64,000 nucleotides of DNA from Patescibacteria group bacterium (GCA_042577965.1 JBHPDK010000001.1:17537-81536); one strand, 5' to 3'; shown: positions 1 to 10,428, counted from the stretch's first letter. Numbers and translations: made by a program. Notes: generated by a model not told the origin, from the letters alone.

Positions 1-10
1 TTTGTTTGAT

Positions 11-802
11 ATGCAGGAAGAAATAAAAATAATGGATGTTAGATTCAATAATGTCTCTATGGACGAAGCTATAGAGTTCATATTCAGTAATTATAAAAAA
101 GGATATATTTGTACCCCAAATCCAGAAATGCTCCTGGAAGCTCAAAAAAATCCACAATTCTTACAAGTTTTAAATAATTCTCTTCTAAACATTGCAGATG
201 GAATCGGAATTTTATGGGCTGTGACACAAATCCATAATAAAAACTCAAAACTAAAAGGTCTTTTAGAACTGCCATTTATTGCCTTAGCTCCTAATAGATT
301 TAAAAAAGTTTTAAAACAAAGAGTAACCGGAACAGATCTACTTCAAAAAATTTGCCTTAAATGTTCTAAAACTCAAACTAGAGTGTTCTTTTTAGGTGCA
401 GCTGAAGGCATAGCTGAAAAAGCAGCACAAAAGCTTACAAAAACATATCCTGGATTAAAAGTAGCTGGAACTTATGCCGGCTCCCCTGCCCTATCAGAAA
501 AATCTAAAATAATCGAAATGATTAATAAAACAGATGCAGAAATTTTATTCGTTGCATACGGCGCTCCAAAACAGGAAATCTGGATATCAGAAACCATCCA
601 TAAGCTAAACAAAATAAAAATTGCAATTGGAATAGGCGGAGCATTCGACTTTATTGCCGGCAAACGAAAAAGAGCTCCAAAATGGATGCAAAAACTTGGC
701 CTCGAGTGGTTATTTAGGCTAATTCAACAACCATCACGTATAAAAAGAATCTATAACGCAACAGTTAAATTCCCAATTGAAGTAATAAAAACTTTAAAAT
801 AA
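11..802 (+). CDS. WecB/TagA/CpsF-family (GT26) glycosyltransferase
   Basis: ORF 2..802, first in-frame ATG at 11. C-terminal hallmark RAPKWMQKLGLEWLFRLIQQPSRIKR and the central FFLGAAEG...FVAYGAPKQEIW are typical of WecG/TagA enzymes. The start could lie upstream of the window. Confidence 0.8.
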   Translation: MQEEIKIMDVRFNNVSMDEAIEFIFSNYKKGYICTPNPEMLLEAQKNPQFLQVLNNSLLNIADGIGILWAVTQIHNKNSKLKGLLELPFIALAPNRFKKVLKQRVTGTDLLQKICLKCSKTQTRVFFLGAAEGIAEKAAQKLTKTYPGLKVAGTYAGSPALSEKSKIIEMINKTDAEILFVAYGAPKQEIWISETIHKLNKIKIAIGIGGAFDFIAGKRKRAPKWMQKLGLEWLFRLIQQPSRIKRIYNATVKFPIEVIKTLK

Positions 803-1087
803 TTATTTTTTCTTAGATCGTCCCTTTTTTTTCATAACTTCTTCGCCTTTTGCCTGTAGATTTTCAATTATTGGCCTAATGTTCTCTATTACTGAACTTG
901 CTAAAGTTAGAGGTTTGTACATAAATTCATTTACTTTTTCTAAAGTATCACGAGCTAAAAAAGTGGCTTTACTGACATCTCTTAAAACCATAATTAAATA
1001 AACAAGCGCGATAGCAAGTAAAATTCCAATAAGCAAAATTACTGCAGTTATTACGATATAAAACAAGTTTTGAGGATTATCAAACAT
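803..1087 (-). CDS. small membrane protein (N-terminal TM helix plus helical tail, DUF948-like)
   Basis: 94-aa ORF with one hydrophobic helix (FYIVITAVILLIGILLAIALVYLIMVL) and a basic tail. Its stop abuts the stop of the convergent GT26 gene. Confidence 0.5.
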   Translation of the reverse strand: MFDNPQNLFYIVITAVILLIGILLAIALVYLIMVLRDVSKATFLARDTLEKVNEFMYKPLTLASSVIENIRPIIENLQAKGEEVMKKKGRSKKK

Positions 1088-1160
1088 AATAAATAAGGTA
1101 AATTACTTATCTATTCTAATTCGAATTATTAATGAAATCAATTAAAACTAAATACGCACA

Positions 1161-1189
1161 TTGAAAAAATGGCTCAAAAATGCTATAAT
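1161..1189 (+). promoter_or_regulatory. sigma70-like promoter (TTGAAA-17 nt-TATAAT, TG-extended -10)
   Basis: TTGAAA at 1161-1166, 17-nt spacer ending in TGC, TATAAT at 1184-1189, 23 nt before the ATG at 1213. Confidence 0.5.
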
Positions 1190-1212
1190 TTAAAGATATT
1201 TAAATAAAAATA

Positions 1213-2226
1213 ATGGGAGAAAAACAAACACCCGGACATGATGAAGAAAGTAATTTGACTCTTAAATTTGAAGAGCTTATTGGTGCAATAAAACCTGCTA
1301 TCCTGGGATTGGATGTTTCTCAAGCTATGCCTCGCATTAAACAAGCTATACGGGCTTATTTTTTAGCTATAGGTAAATCAATGGTAGACATAAAAGGGAA
1401 CGAATCAGTAAGCGATTGGCAAAACCTTGAAATAATAAGTGATTTTCCTGAATTACACGAAATATTTGAATTAGCTGATAACACAATTGCGATAGCAGCA
1501 AAAGAAGATACAATTGTGGTTTATCAGTTTATTGGTAAAAATCGATGGGTGCATTTGATTACTGCGCAAAGCAAATTAAAAGATGTCAAAGATAGTAAAT
1601 CACCATCAGAAGTTACAAACGAATTCTTAGCAAAACTATTAAGAAATCAGGATTCTATGGAAGTTGTTTCGAATTCACTTGAGACTGGCGAAGTAAGTGA
1701 TACTGATTTAAAACGACTCGAGCCTATTGTAAGAAAATTGGTAAATAGAACTGAAAAACTTTCAGAATTGTTTAGAAATTATGAACTAATGAATCAAATA
1801 GCAAGCCGCGTTGAAGCCGGAGAAGTAGATTTTATGCTCACGGACAGATTATTTTTAATTCTTGAAAGACTTACAGGAAATCCGCATTACCAAGAATCGC
1901 AAAAAGAACCAGATACTGAATTGGTACCATATTTTTCAAAATTAAAAGAAATACAGGTACGATTAGTCAGAGAACCTTTAGATACATTAGAAGGATTATT
2001 AGCAGCTATTATGGTTGAATTTAAAAATACAAATCTAAAATTACCTTCTGACAAACGAAAACAAGCATTTGAAGCAGAAGATTTACAATATTTCCGTTGT
2101 AATCCAGAAAATTCAGTTGATGTAAATATTGGTGATAATAAATGCACTATTCAGCTTCTTGAAGACAGAATAGTTATATTTATGAACTTACATGGAGGAG
2201 ACATCATGCTTCCGGTCGCATACTAA
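1213..2226 (+). CDS. hypothetical protein (337 aa)
   Basis: Long ORF behind a consensus promoter. No motif recognised. Confidence 0.6.
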   Translation: MGEKQTPGHDEESNLTLKFEELIGAIKPAILGLDVSQAMPRIKQAIRAYFLAIGKSMVDIKGNESVSDWQNLEIISDFPELHEIFELADNTIAIAAKEDTIVVYQFIGKNRWVHLITAQSKLKDVKDSKSPSEVTNEFLAKLLRNQDSMEVVSNSLETGEVSDTDLKRLEPIVRKLVNRTEKLSELFRNYELMNQIASRVEAGEVDFMLTDRLFLILERLTGNPHYQESQKEPDTELVPYFSKLKEIQVRLVREPLDTLEGLLAAIMVEFKNTNLKLPSDKRKQAFEAEDLQYFRCNPENSVDVNIGDNKCTIQLLEDRIVIFMNLHGGDIMLPVAY

Positions 2227-3662
2227 GTTAATAACTTTTTCAATATCTCATTCACCATTTGAGGATTCCCCTGCCCTTTTGTTTCTTTCATAACCATTCC
2301 AACTAAAAAGCCGAAAGCTTTGTCTTTGCCATTTTTGAAATCGGAAGCCGGGCCTGGATTCGCATCAATTATTTTTTTGCAAATTTCTTCTAGTTCTCCT
2401 GAATCACTTACAACTTTTAGGCCTTTTTCTTCAACTATTTCAGATGGTGAGCGCCCACTTAAATACATTTCATCAAATACTTCTGCTTTTGCCTGATTAT
2501 TTGAGATTTCGCCTTTTTCAACTAATTTAATAAGCTCGCCCATTATTTTTGGAGTAACTTTGGATTCACGAAGAGGAATTTGATCTTCACGAAGTTTTTT
2601 CATTAAAATCGTATTAATAAATGAAACCGCGAGTTTTGGATTATCAATCATTGAGATAACTTCCTCAAAATACTGAGCAATATATAGATCTTCAGTTAAT
2701 ATGCGGATATCATCGGGCAGAAGGCCGAATTCTTTTTCATAACGTTCGCGTTTTTGAGCTGGCATCTCAGGCACTTTAGCTTTAAGTTCAGCCAGTTTTT
2801 CTTTTGGAGTATGAAGCGGCGGAAGATCAGGCTCAGGAAAATATCTATAATCATCACTCCCCTCTTTTTCACGTAAAGTAAAGGTTTTTTGGGAATCATC
2901 AGCCCATCCCATTGTTAAATCTTTTCGAAGTGGCTCATCATTATTCCAAAGAGTAATTTGACGTTCTATTTCATATAAAATCGCTGAGCCAAGCGATCTA
3001 AAAGAGTTTAAATTTTTAATTTCTGCGCGATTATAAAGCTTATCTTCGCCTTTTGGACGGATAGAAACAGAAGCATCAAACCGCATCATGCCTTTTTCCA
3101 TATCAGCATCACTTGATTCGCAAAATCTTAAAATATTCTGAACTTCTTTTGCATATGCCACTGCTTCTTCTGGTGTATGCATATCAGGTTCGCTCACAAT
3201 TTCCATCAACGGAGTTCCACATCTATTATAATCAACTAACGAGCCACCAGGAACATGTGTTAATTTACCTGCATCATCCTCTAAATGAAGGCGTGTAACT
3301 CTAATTGTTTTCTTTTTTCCTGATTCTAAAGTAATTTCAATTGCTCCTTTTTCAGATAAAGGCTCATCAAACTGAGAAATCTGAAATCCTTTTGGAAGAT
3401 CAGGATAAAAATAATTTTTTCTATCAAATTTACAATACTCAGGGATAGTGCAATTAAGTGCTATGGCAGCAATAGTCCCCTTTTTAACAGCTTCTTTATT
3501 AATAACAGGGAGTTGACCCGGGAAACCCATACAAACCTCGCATACGTTAGAATTTGGCTCTTTATCAAAAGAATCATTGTCACACCTGCAGAACATTTTA
3601 GTTTTAGTATTGATCTGCGCGTGAATTTCTAAACCGATAACTGCTTCAAATTCCTGAGACAT
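2223..3662 (-). CDS. gatB: Asp-tRNA(Asn)/Glu-tRNA(Gln) amidotransferase subunit B
   Basis: GLEIHAQINTKTKMFC, GFPGQLPV, LHLEDDAGK and a C-terminal GatB/YqeY-type tail. 479 aa is the typical length. Confidence 0.95.
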   Translation of the reverse strand: MSQEFEAVIGLEIHAQINTKTKMFCRCDNDSFDKEPNSNVCEVCMGFPGQLPVINKEAVKKGTIAAIALNCTIPEYCKFDRKNYFYPDLPKGFQISQFDEPLSEKGAIEITLESGKKKTIRVTRLHLEDDAGKLTHVPGGSLVDYNRCGTPLMEIVSEPDMHTPEEAVAYAKEVQNILRFCESSDADMEKGMMRFDASVSIRPKGEDKLYNRAEIKNLNSFRSLGSAILYEIERQITLWNNDEPLRKDLTMGWADDSQKTFTLREKEGSDDYRYFPEPDLPPLHTPKEKLAELKAKVPEMPAQKRERYEKEFGLLPDDIRILTEDLYIAQYFEEVISMIDNPKLAVSFINTILMKKLREDQIPLRESKVTPKIMGELIKLVEKGEISNNQAKAEVFDEMYLSGRSPSEIVEEKGLKVVSDSGELEEICKKIIDANPGPASDFKNGKDKAFGFLVGMVMKETKGQGNPQMVNEILKKLLT

Positions 3663-3749
3663 AAAAAATAATTAATTCATTATTAATTCTACTAAAAAAT
3701 TGTAGTAAAATAAATCACTAATAAACTTGACAATGCAATGCAATGAAAA

Positions 3750-4247
3750 CTACATGTCGAAGTCTTTATCAAGACTATCAATATGTCTTTGTGTTTCTTC
3801 GTTTTGCTTAGTTAATATTCTATTTGCTATTTTTGCAACTCTTTTATCTCTGTCTTTAGATAATTTTTTCAATATTTTAGTAGTATAACTAGTATAACTA
3901 GTATTACTAGTCATTACTGCAATTTTCACTAATGGGTTTTTATGATTCACTAGAATATTAATTGTTCTTTGACTCAAATTTGATATTTTAGCAATCTTAA
4001 AAACATCTTTAAATTTCATTGATTGAATCACTTTTGTTAATTGATTATCATTTAGCTTTGCCATTTCTCTTTTTATAGAACTCATTTGTTTTTTTTGTAA
4101 ATCTTCATTTTTTTTATATTCATCTTTTAACTCCTGCGCTCCCTTTGTTTCTGTAGTTGTTGGAGCTTTTAGTCTTTCATTTGATTTTTTAAAATTCCAA
4201 ACAGGAAGAGAGTATTCAAATAAGTATAATTTATTAAAATGTTTCAT
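3750..4247 (-). CDS. hypothetical protein (165 aa)
   Basis: ORF only. It contains the in-frame 9-nt tandem repeat listed separately. Confidence 0.45.
   Translation of the reverse strand: MKHFNKLYLFEYSLPVWNFKKSNERLKAPTTTETKGAQELKDEYKKNEDLQKKQMSSIKREMAKLNDNQLTKVIQSMKFKDVFKIAKISNLSQRTINILVNHKNPLVKIAVMTSNTSYTSYTTKILKKLSKDRDKRVAKIANRILTKQNEETQRHIDSLDKDFDM
3881..3916. repeat. 9-nt tandem repeat (tagtataac x2, tagtattac, tagtcatta)
   Basis: Read directly. It is in frame within CDS 3750..4247 and encodes TSNTSYTSYTT. Confidence 0.7.
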
Positions 4248-4258
4248 GATTCTTGTGT

Positions 4259-4429
4259 TTATAAGTTATTTAGTTGATCTTCGAGTTGATTTAATTTAGC
4301 TAAATCTTCATCTTTTGATATTTTTTCTTGTTTGTTTTTAAATAGTTTAACTATTTGCTTAAGTACAACAATTTCTTGCTTTTGTTTAACAATCATGTCT
4401 TCTAAATTTTTTATTTTTGTATTATCCAT
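4259..4429 (-). CDS. small coiled-coil protein (about 56 aa from the internal Met)
   Basis: ORF 4259..4459. MDNTKIKNLEDM is the more plausible start. Heptad-like sequence. Confidence 0.35.
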   Translation of the reverse strand: MDNTKIKNLEDMIVKQKQEIVVLKQIVKLFKNKQEKISKDEDLAKLNQLEDQLNNL

Positions 4430-4455
4430 ATGTATATTATAACATATTGCTACCA

Positions 4456-4614
4456 TCAACGCAATAACCCACTTTCAAATTTAATAATTTTATCAAAATC
4501 CCATTCTTCAACTGCTTGAATAATTTACTGTTCTTCTTTATAAGAATGTTCTATTTGTGGAATAAGTCCGTATGCAGCAGTTTCTACATGTTCAAAACGA
4601 CCAAGTAAACTCAT
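4456..4614 (-). pseudogene. short reading frame interrupted by one in-frame TAA
   Basis: Minus-strand reading gives MSLLGRFEHVETAAYGLIPQIEHSYKEEQ*IIQAVEEWDFDKIIKFESGLLR*. It lies in an otherwise unassigned 160-nt gap. Confidence 0.25.
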
Positions 4615-4622
4615 ATTATTAA

Positions 4623-4961
4623 TTAATTCTCAACTGATCCTACTAATGAATGTAATCCATTAATAGCTTTTCTTACTTCCGCACTAATGTCAGGTGCACT
4701 TTGTTCAAATGGTAATAGCGCTTGAATTGTATCTGTTATTTCTACTGGTCCATCCCAAATTTCAGTAACACTTAATGTTAAATGATCTGGCACAGTCTCT
4801 CTCGTACCAATTATACGTCCAATTTTTTCAGTTAATTTTCCACTTACAGTACCAAGTTTTTCGCCTGCTTCTTGAGCCTGCTCATTTTCCATACCAGCTA
4901 ATTGTTCTGCTACAGGTTTTAGACTATCATTAATTTCCTGAGCAGCGTTTAAATAGATCAT
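4623..4961 (-). CDS. hypothetical acidic helical protein (112 aa)
   Basis: ORF only. Confidence 0.45.
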   Translation of the reverse strand: MIYLNAAQEINDSLKPVAEQLAGMENEQAQEAGEKLGTVSGKLTEKIGRIIGTRETVPDHLTLSVTEIWDGPVEITDTIQALLPFEQSAPDISAEVRKAINGLHSLVGSVEN

Positions 4962-5008
4962 ATTATAAATATGTTATAAAAATAAGATCAAATCCTAATA
5001 AAAATCAC

Positions 5009-5599
5009 TTATTTTGTCAATTTTTTCGCAATTTTATCCACTTTTCCCCTTAACTCTTTTAAACCTTTATTATTTCGTATAGTAAAATCTATTTTTCGTG
5101 GCTTTTTTTGATGTTCAACAATGTTTTTATGCTCCTGTTTTGTGAGGCTTCGCTTTTTGGAACATCTTTCGAAACATGATTTAACGCTAGCATCGATCCA
5201 TAAAATATGGCTGACTTCCATGCCTAATCTTTGCTTATCAAATGTTGTTGATTCCATTGCAACTTTTTCGGGTTTTGCTTTTTGGATCATTTTTCGAATT
5301 TCATTAAAAGCAATTGGCTGAACAAGTTTTTCTAAAATTTTTAATTTAGCAGTGTTATTAAAAACAACTTTTCGGAGCTTCGGCCTGTTTACTTTTCCCT
5401 TTCCTTTAACCAAATATTCTTCACCAAAAAAATCTTTAATTTTTCGCCACCCGTCTTTACCTGGCTCGTATAAATCATGAACAACATCATCTGCATCAAT
5501 TACAAAATACCCATGTTTTTCAAAATATTTCAGAGCTGTTGATTTACCTGAACCAAGATAACCTGTTACTCCCAGTAAAACTTTTGGTTTATATGCCAT
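5009..5599 (-). CDS. coaE: dephospho-CoA kinase
   Basis: P-loop GVTGYLGSGKST at the N-terminus, followed by FVIDADDVVHDLY. About 196 aa. Confidence 0.88.
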   Translation of the reverse strand: MAYKPKVLLGVTGYLGSGKSTALKYFEKHGYFVIDADDVVHDLYEPGKDGWRKIKDFFGEEYLVKGKGKVNRPKLRKVVFNNTAKLKILEKLVQPIAFNEIRKMIQKAKPEKVAMESTTFDKQRLGMEVSHILWIDASVKSCFERCSKKRSLTKQEHKNIVEHQKKPRKIDFTIRNNKGLKELRGKVDKIAKKLTK

Positions 5600-5610
5600 A
5601 GTAAGGCTTG

Positions 5611-6021
5611 TTAAAGTTTTGCACCTAAATCTTTAAGTGCTTTTTTATATATAGTTAAATTAGATTTTGCTTCTTTTGGAGTAATTTTCATCCCGATTTC
5701 GTGTGCAATTTGATTTCGTACTTTATGAGCGCCCCAAACATCATTTAAATTACTAAAAAGCGAAGGAGCTGCTTTTAATTGCTCTCCAACACTACCTTCA
5801 ATTCCTCTGGCTTTTAATGTGTGAGCTAACAGTTTATCAGCATCCAAAATTGCATTATTAGGATTACCATTTGCTTCACGCACAATTCTATTCCAGTGCT
5901 TTTTTATATATGCCTGATCAGCTGTACTTAATACTTTTCGATGAGTTTTTATAAAAACATAAGCAGTAAGTAAAACCGCAAGGCCAATAACAACTAAAAT
6001 GATAATTACAGAAATATCCAT
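5611..6021 (-). CDS. single-pass membrane protein (136 aa)
   Basis: N-terminal TM helix ISVIIILVVIGLAVLLTAYVFI. Abuts the next ORF. Confidence 0.55.
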   Translation of the reverse strand: MDISVIIILVVIGLAVLLTAYVFIKTHRKVLSTADQAYIKKHWNRIVREANGNPNNAILDADKLLAHTLKARGIEGSVGEQLKAAPSLFSNLNDVWGAHKVRNQIAHEIGMKITPKEAKSNLTIYKKALKDLGAKL

Positions 6022-6657
6022 TTATTTTTCTTTTTTAGAGAATTTTCTTAATTTACCTTCATCTTCAGCTTCTTTTGGCATTCCATGATTTTGAACATGA
6101 GTAGAAACCATATCTGAAATAAGCTGTTTTAAGACTTCCTGATCTGTAAAATTCTTTTTTGTCATAAATTTATCCTGATATTTAACAACATTCTTTTCAA
6201 TTCTTTTTGGATTACATGCACTTTTTAAAGTGACTGTTGTTGGACCTCCTAATTTTGCCAAAGTAATATTCCCAAAATTAAATATTGTTGGAATAATTCC
6301 TTTAATCTTATAACTCACACCTTCAATTGACTGATACTCTACCCTGTCACTTGTTCTGTCAAAATATCCTGTCCATTCAACACCTACAATTCCCATGTTT
6401 GTAATTAGCCAACAATCATAATACCAATCCTGAATAACCAATAATAATCTAATAACACCTAAAGCTGCCCATCCAAGATAAATCCAAAACATTTGAGGGA
6501 AGAAGAGCCATAATATGAATGGTAAAGCGCCGTGTAGAGTTATTAATCTTCCAAAATCACGTAGCATAATAAAAACATGGCGATGTCCAACAAAAAAGAT
6601 TTCCTCCTCGTCCTCCAGGTAATCCTGATATAAAACTTTGCGTATACTTAATGACAT
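6022..6657 (-). CDS. membrane protein, possibly bacterial PH-domain (YdbS/YdbT-like)
   Basis: Two central TM helices followed by a beta-rich segment. The family assignment is tentative. Confidence 0.55.
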   Translation of the reverse strand: MSLSIRKVLYQDYLEDEEEIFFVGHRHVFIMLRDFGRLITLHGALPFILWLFFPQMFWIYLGWAALGVIRLLLVIQDWYYDCWLITNMGIVGVEWTGYFDRTSDRVEYQSIEGVSYKIKGIIPTIFNFGNITLAKLGGPTTVTLKSACNPKRIEKNVVKYQDKFMTKKNFTDQEVLKQLISDMVSTHVQNHGMPKEAEDEGKLRKFSKKEK

Positions 6658-6743
6658 ATAGATAGATTATTTACATAAACATAGTAACATTTTTTCAAAA
6701 TAATTAAAGTTTTGGTACAATCAGAGATGATTTAACAAAAATA

Positions 6744-7643
6744 ATGAAAGTAATATTCTTTGGAACACCTGAAATTTCGCTCCCCTTTCTACAAATGCTC
6801 ATTGAAGATCATGAAATTGATGTGGAAGCAGTTGTAACAAAACCAGACAAACCAGTTGGACGAAAACAGGAATTAACTAAGCCTCCGATAAAAAAATTAG
6901 CTGAGGAGCATGATATTAAAGTTTTACAGCCAAAAAAAAACGAAGCAGATTTTGCTGATTTTATAAAAAAACATGATGCTGATTTTAATGTTGTTATTTC
7001 TTATGGTGAAATTTTGCCAACTCCTGTTTTAGAAGCTCCAAAGCACGGATCTGTTAATATTCATTTTTCATTGCTGCCTAAATATCGAGGTGCTGCGCCG
7101 GTTCAAACAGCGCTTTTAAATGGCGATAAAGAAACTGGCATTACAATAATGAAGATGTCTCACAAATTAGATGAAGGAGATATTTATTTAATAAAAAAAA
7201 TTGAGATAACTGATGATGAAAATTCAGAAACATTATTAAAAAGATTGGCTGACCTTGGTGCAATAATGCTTCCTTCAGCTTTGCGTGATATTGCTGATGG
7301 AGTCTTAACTCCCCTGCCCCAGAATGAAGAAAACGCAACTTTTTGTCATAAAATTCAAAAAGAAGATGCAAAGATTGATCCTTTGAATGATTCTGCTGAT
7401 GAAATCATGAATAAATACAGAGCTTTTCAGCCCTGGCCAGGTGTATTTTTTATGTTTAAAGATAAAAGATGCAAATTAATTGAAATTGAAAGAACAGAAA
7501 AAACTGCTGCGCCAGGAGATTTAGTTGAAAATGAAAAAGAATTAGTACTTGGGACAAAAAAAGGCAGTTTGAAAGTAAAAATCCTTCAGCCTGAAGGTAA
7601 AAAGCCAATTGATGATAAAGATTTTATTAATGGCTTTCTTTAA
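6744..7643 (+). CDS. fmt: methionyl-tRNA formyltransferase
   Basis: KVIFFGTPEISLPFLQ and HFSLLPKYRGAAPVQ motifs. 299 aa. Confidence 0.93.
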   Translation: MKVIFFGTPEISLPFLQMLIEDHEIDVEAVVTKPDKPVGRKQELTKPPIKKLAEEHDIKVLQPKKNEADFADFIKKHDADFNVVISYGEILPTPVLEAPKHGSVNIHFSLLPKYRGAAPVQTALLNGDKETGITIMKMSHKLDEGDIYLIKKIEITDDENSETLLKRLADLGAIMLPSALRDIADGVLTPLPQNEENATFCHKIQKEDAKIDPLNDSADEIMNKYRAFQPWPGVFFMFKDKRCKLIEIERTEKTAAPGDLVENEKELVLGTKKGSLKVKILQPEGKKPIDDKDFINGFL

Positions 7644-8958
7644 TAATAAATTTTCCGCAAAGCGCAAAAATCAAAAACAGCAAAGCCATGCCGTGATAGA
7701 GCGAGGCAGTGTAATGATCAAACATTCCAACTACAAAGATTGAAGCTAAAATTGCTAATAATATTGGACCAAAATCTTTAGCTGCTTTTTTCATTTTCAA
7801 AAATACTCCAACTGAAAACCCGACAAATAAAGAAATAAAAGCTAAGGCACCCTGAATTCCCATCTCATTTAACATAAGCATGTACGAATTATGCACAGGC
7901 TGATACTGCCATGGTGCTAATTTAAGTGAGGTAAAGTCAGGTAGATTTAGGGTGAAATTCCCAAGCCCGACTCCGAATGGAGTATGCCAAAACATACTTT
8001 TACTTACATTAAAATAAAATATTCTGTCATTAAAACTTGCTGTATCAGTAAATAAAAATCTGCTTAAAAAAGTTTGTTCTAAATTAAATAAAACTACAAA
8101 AAATAATAAAAATGCAGCAAAAAGAATAATATATTTAAGTGATAACTTGCTTTCTTTAACTGAAAAATAAACAAGCGCAGCTAATAAAAATGCCAGGAAT
8201 GCTCCCCTGCTAAAAGCTAAAATAAACGCAGCAATTAAAACTAACATCACAGGGTAAGCAAAATGTTTTTTTTGTTTAATTTTATAATAAGCTAAAAAGA
8301 TTCCTGTTAATAAATATCCAGCTAAAATATTTGGATGAGGCAGGGTTCCGTATGGTCTAATAATTTTGGCTCCTTCTTCAATATCAATTTTTGCTACGCC
8401 AGCAACATCAGGACCAATAAAAGATTCCCCTAAGAATGAAAGGCCGATTGAGCCCTGGAAAACATACTGAAGAATTGCAATCAAAGCCTGCAATGTAACA
8501 GAAGCTAAAAATACATTCACTAATGTATCTAACTTAACTGTTTTGTTAATAATATAAATATATAAAAGTAAAAATTGAACAATACGAATAACAATATTAA
8601 AAGAAAGCCACTGATCTTCTGCAAACAAAACCGAAAGTTCAGCAAATATCAAAAACAAAAACATGAGCATAAAAATAAATGCATTGCCATAAGTAAATTT
8701 TTCTTTATATTCATGTTTAAAAATTGAAATCGCCCAAAAAACTAATGCAAATAAGAACAAAAAATCAGTTAAATAAATAAAAACCGATGTAAATGGATTA
8801 AAATTCCCTTCTACAAATACTTCAGGTGCGTAAATAATTACATTTATTTGAAAAGGCAGCAAAAATACAAACGCATAAAGAAAGAATTTACTTAAGTTCA
8901 AAGGTGTTATTACCTTGCTTAAGTAGTTAAGATGCTTCTTCAGTTTCTTCTGGTACAT
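7627..8958 (-). CDS. O-antigen ligase-like (Wzy_C) polytopic membrane protein
   Basis: Many TM helices and the Wzy_C-type segment AFSRGAFLAFLLAALVY. Overlaps the fmt 3' end by 17 nt. Confidence 0.75.
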   Translation of the reverse strand: MYQKKLKKHLNYLSKVITPLNLSKFFLYAFVFLLPFQINVIIYAPEVFVEGNFNPFTSVFIYLTDFLFLFALVFWAISIFKHEYKEKFTYGNAFIFMLMFLFLIFAELSVLFAEDQWLSFNIVIRIVQFLLLYIYIINKTVKLDTLVNVFLASVTLQALIAILQYVFQGSIGLSFLGESFIGPDVAGVAKIDIEEGAKIIRPYGTLPHPNILAGYLLTGIFLAYYKIKQKKHFAYPVMLVLIAAFILAFSRGAFLAFLLAALVYFSVKESKLSLKYIILFAAFLLFFVVLFNLEQTFLSRFLFTDTASFNDRIFYFNVSKSMFWHTPFGVGLGNFTLNLPDFTSLKLAPWQYQPVHNSYMLMLNEMGIQGALAFISLFVGFSVGVFLKMKKAAKDFGPILLAILASIFVVGMFDHYTASLYHGMALLFLIFALCGKFIIKESH

Positions 8959-10390
8959 TGATTGCTGGATAAAGTCCTACAACAGGCAATATAGCATTTA
9001 TTTCTTCTTGTGCAATCTTCATTGCATCCTGTGGACTTTTTGTAGCTAAAACCGCGTTAATAGCTTTTAGCATAGAATCAGCATAAACACCTTCATCATA
9101 AACAGGAAGACTTTCTGCAAAACCAATTTGCTCTGCAAATACACCGTAAATTGGGTCAGCTTTTTGATCTTCAATCATATCCCTACGGCTTGTAGGTTTG
9201 TGAGTTTTTTCATTGTAATGCTCAAGAGATTCTTTTTGTGTAAGGAAATATAGAAAATCCCATGCCCAGCCGGTATTTTGCGAAGTTCTAGCAACTGTTT
9301 CAACAAAATAATGAGCATATGCATCGCGCTTTTCTGTTGTCTGAGCAGGATCTTTTATTTGAGGTATAACAGCAATTCGCACACTGTCTGTATCAATAGT
9401 GGTTAAGCCTTTTGCTTTGAGTTCATTAATTTCATCAATGATTTGGTCATACATATTTGAATAACCTAAAATCATCGAAACCTTTCCTCTTGCAAAAGTT
9501 GTTATTTCTTTTGTATCTGAATTTGGATCAGCAAGGTATGCATTCCATGAATAATTTTTTTGTGATGGAGTAGCAAAACTCGTATAAAAGTTTAAAGCAT
9601 CTGCACCTGGATTTATTGGACTTCCATCACTTCCTACTCCCTGTTGCTGCGAGAATATTGCTTTTTGGAAGTTCTGATCATAAAAATCTCCTTCACTTTG
9701 AATCATTAATAAATAAAGAATATCAACAGCTCTTGTTATATTTTCTCCAAATCCCATTGCAATACCCGAAACTTCAAATCTTTCAAAGCTCTGGTCACTT
9801 TTAGTTAATTTAAATACATCGTCTTTAAGAGTTTCCCAGGTTTCTGCTGGTTTGCCTCTTTCTGGGATAGCATCATCGTAATGATCTTTATTATAATAAA
9901 GCGCAAGTGTATCAACAGTCATAGGTAGGGCATAAACCTGATTTTCGCCTGTTTCAGGATTCGCTCTTACCAGATCATCATAAGTTACTGAAACAAATGT
10001 ATCTTCAAAAATCTCTGAAGGAAGCATATTTGTAGGTGCAGGCGATACTTTTTTGTGATTTTTAATAAACCATGTATTTGGAACTGAAAAAATATCAGGC
10101 CCTTCACCTTCTGCAAGTTCATTTAAAATTAAATCATAATACTCCTGCGTATCAGTAAACTGGCGGTAATTCACCTTAACATTAGGAAATTTCGCCCTAT
10201 ATTCCTGAATCAAAGGTTCAATAACCTCAGAATCGTCAAATAGCTTATAATAAGTCAGTTCAACCATGTCCTGGCTCGTTCTGGGCTTAAATTCCTTTGT
10301 TCTAAAACATCCTGCACTAAATGCAATCCCAAAGATCATAAGTAATCCTAAAACAGAGCCGCCAATAATTAGTAATGTTTGTTTATTCAT
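8927..10390 (-). CDS. extracellular solute-binding protein (ABC family-1-like), membrane-anchored
   Basis: N-terminal TM anchor followed by an SBP-like sequence (ELTYYKLFDD..., GPDIFSVPNTWF). No permease or ATPase gene is adjacent. Confidence 0.75.
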   Translation of the reverse strand: MNKQTLLIIGGSVLGLLMIFGIAFSAGCFRTKEFKPRTSQDMVELTYYKLFDDSEVIEPLIQEYRAKFPNVKVNYRQFTDTQEYYDLILNELAEGEGPDIFSVPNTWFIKNHKKVSPAPTNMLPSEIFEDTFVSVTYDDLVRANPETGENQVYALPMTVDTLALYYNKDHYDDAIPERGKPAETWETLKDDVFKLTKSDQSFERFEVSGIAMGFGENITRAVDILYLLMIQSEGDFYDQNFQKAIFSQQQGVGSDGSPINPGADALNFYTSFATPSQKNYSWNAYLADPNSDTKEITTFARGKVSMILGYSNMYDQIIDEINELKAKGLTTIDTDSVRIAVIPQIKDPAQTTEKRDAYAHYFVETVARTSQNTGWAWDFLYFLTQKESLEHYNEKTHKPTSRRDMIEDQKADPIYGVFAEQIGFAESLPVYDEGVYADSMLKAINAVLATKSPQDAMKIAQEEINAILPVVGLYPAINVPEETEEAS

Positions 10391-10428
10391 ACATATATAT
10401 TATACTACAAAATTCGCGCTTAAACAAA

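Noticed and set aside
4623-4961. Possible WXG100/Esx-like protein (W-D-G at residues 68-70 of a 112-aa helical protein)
   Set aside because: The WxG lies far from the centre of the protein. The flanking sequence does not resemble the Esx helix-turn-helix pattern. No T7SS genes are nearby.
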